Below are positions 63,456 through 64,000 of a DNA stretch of 64,000 bases, piece after piece. The position numbers were made by a program, and so were the translations under genes. Source of the DNA: a virus. Lineage: Duplodnaviria; Caudoviricetes. Below the pieces are notes generated by a model. That model had not been told where the DNA came from and did no database searches. It saw only the letters and a program-made list of their open reading frames with translations. Where the stretch lies: positions 32,001-96,000 of IMG/VR virus record IMGVR_UViG_3300025986_000001, one strand, 5' to 3'. Numbering within the stretch: the stretch's first letter is position 1; every line of letters starts with the position of its first letter.

Positions 63456-63528
63456 TGGAGCCTGCCGGAGTCGAACCGGCGACCTTCTCCCTGCCGAGGA
63501 GACGCGCTGCCAGCTGCGCCAAGGCCCC
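63456..63528 (-). tRNA. tRNA-Ala (GGC)
   Basis: G3-U70. Confidence 0.85.
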
Positions 63529-63632
63529 ATGGTGCCCCGGCCGGCGTACCGTCCGGGGCGATCTCATGCCATTCCACTGTGCAGTTCTCAAGTCATGCCA
63601 TGTCCGTGCCCGCCGCGGCGGGGGACCGTACG

Positions 63633-63705
63633 CGCGGGTGGCACGAATTGAACGCGCACCTGCCGGTTTTGGAGACCGGAGCTCTACCGGTTGAGCTACA
63701 CCCAC
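63633..63705 (-). tRNA. tRNA-Trp (CCA)
   Basis: Cloverleaf. Confidence 0.88.
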
Positions 63706-63733
63706 TTGACCTGCGTATTCAGTTGTCGGCCGA

Positions 63734-63769
63734 CGAAAAACGCCGCCTGCCGGGGTCCGGTGGCGGCGT
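63734..63769 (-). terminator. Intrinsic terminator/attenuator upstream of the tRNA array
   Basis: acgccgcc..ggcggcgt stem followed by a U-tract on the minus strand. Confidence 0.75.
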
Positions 63770-63793
63770 CAGCGTCTCGCTGGACTTCAGCGC

Positions 63794-63922
63794 TTACGTG
63801 CGCCGCCTGTGCGCGGGCTTGCTCTGCTCATCACGGCGGGCGAAGGGGATCGTCCCGCAGGCGCGGGCAGCCGAGCCCGGCAGCATGTGCTGCGGGTTGC
63901 TCGTGGCCTGCCACCGATACAT
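63794..63922 (-). CDS. 42-aa putative leader peptide MYRWQ...HRRRT
   Basis: GAGGAG 7 nt before ATG; ends 24 nt before the terminator. Confidence 0.55.
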   Translation of the reverse strand: MYRWQATSNPQHMLPGSAARACGTIPFARRDEQSKPAHRRRT

Positions 63923-63962
63923 CGTGGGACTCCTCATCCATGTCCAGCCGTGCTTGACACTC

Positions 63963-63991
63963 ACCGTAGGGGTCGGGCCCGTCCGGCGCAA
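63963..63991 (-). promoter_or_regulatory. Promoter TTGCGC-17bp-TACGGT
   Basis: Correct spacing, upstream of the leader. Confidence 0.6.
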
Positions 63992-64000
63992 GGACATTAC

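Noticed and set aside
58658-63705. ORFs overlapping tRNAs, such as 60969..61391, 61318..61728 and 63100..63705
   Set aside because: They are translations of tRNA sequence.
1-64000. Definite phage versus plasmid assignment
   Set aside because: No capsid, terminase, relaxase, TraB or Rep gene can be identified in the window.

Overview
High-GC actinobacterial mobile DNA: a large plasmid/conjugative element or a large phage. The window has no housekeeping, capsid or terminase genes, so the two cannot be told apart here. (1) 1-6.3 kb: minus-strand membrane proteins, plausibly for transfer/spread. One gene and its upstream region carry about 50 GAGACG motifs. An XRE/DUF5753-type regulatory triad follows. 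(2) 6.8-42.5 kb: about 90 small, almost all minus-strand genes, interrupted by an AT-rich, palindrome-rich origin/operator-like region at 15.4-16.0 kb. From 22.0 to 42.1 kb, 33 copies of a conserved 65-75 nt structured element sit between a stop codon and the next RBS, with one more diverged copy at 13.5 kb. Covariation, G-U pairs and UNCG/GNRA loops indicate that it folds on the mRNA strand. Cargo includes two ArdA-like acidic proteins. (3) 43.7-44.1 kb: AT-rich divergence point. (4) 44-58.8 kb: HNH nuclease, NADAR, tRNA-fMet, nucleoside deoxyribosyltransferase-like, HIT and tyrosine recombinase genes. A 250-aa protein gene is followed by a ~370-nt candidate ncRNA with two circularly permuted tRNA-like domains and hexamer tracts that also cover that gene's own RBS. 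(5) 58.8-64 kb: a minus-strand array of 29 tRNAs covering all 20 amino acids, plus two aberrant tRNA-like RNAs and an HNH gene, behind a promoter, leader peptide and terminator. All calls come from reading the sequence by eye; no searches were run.
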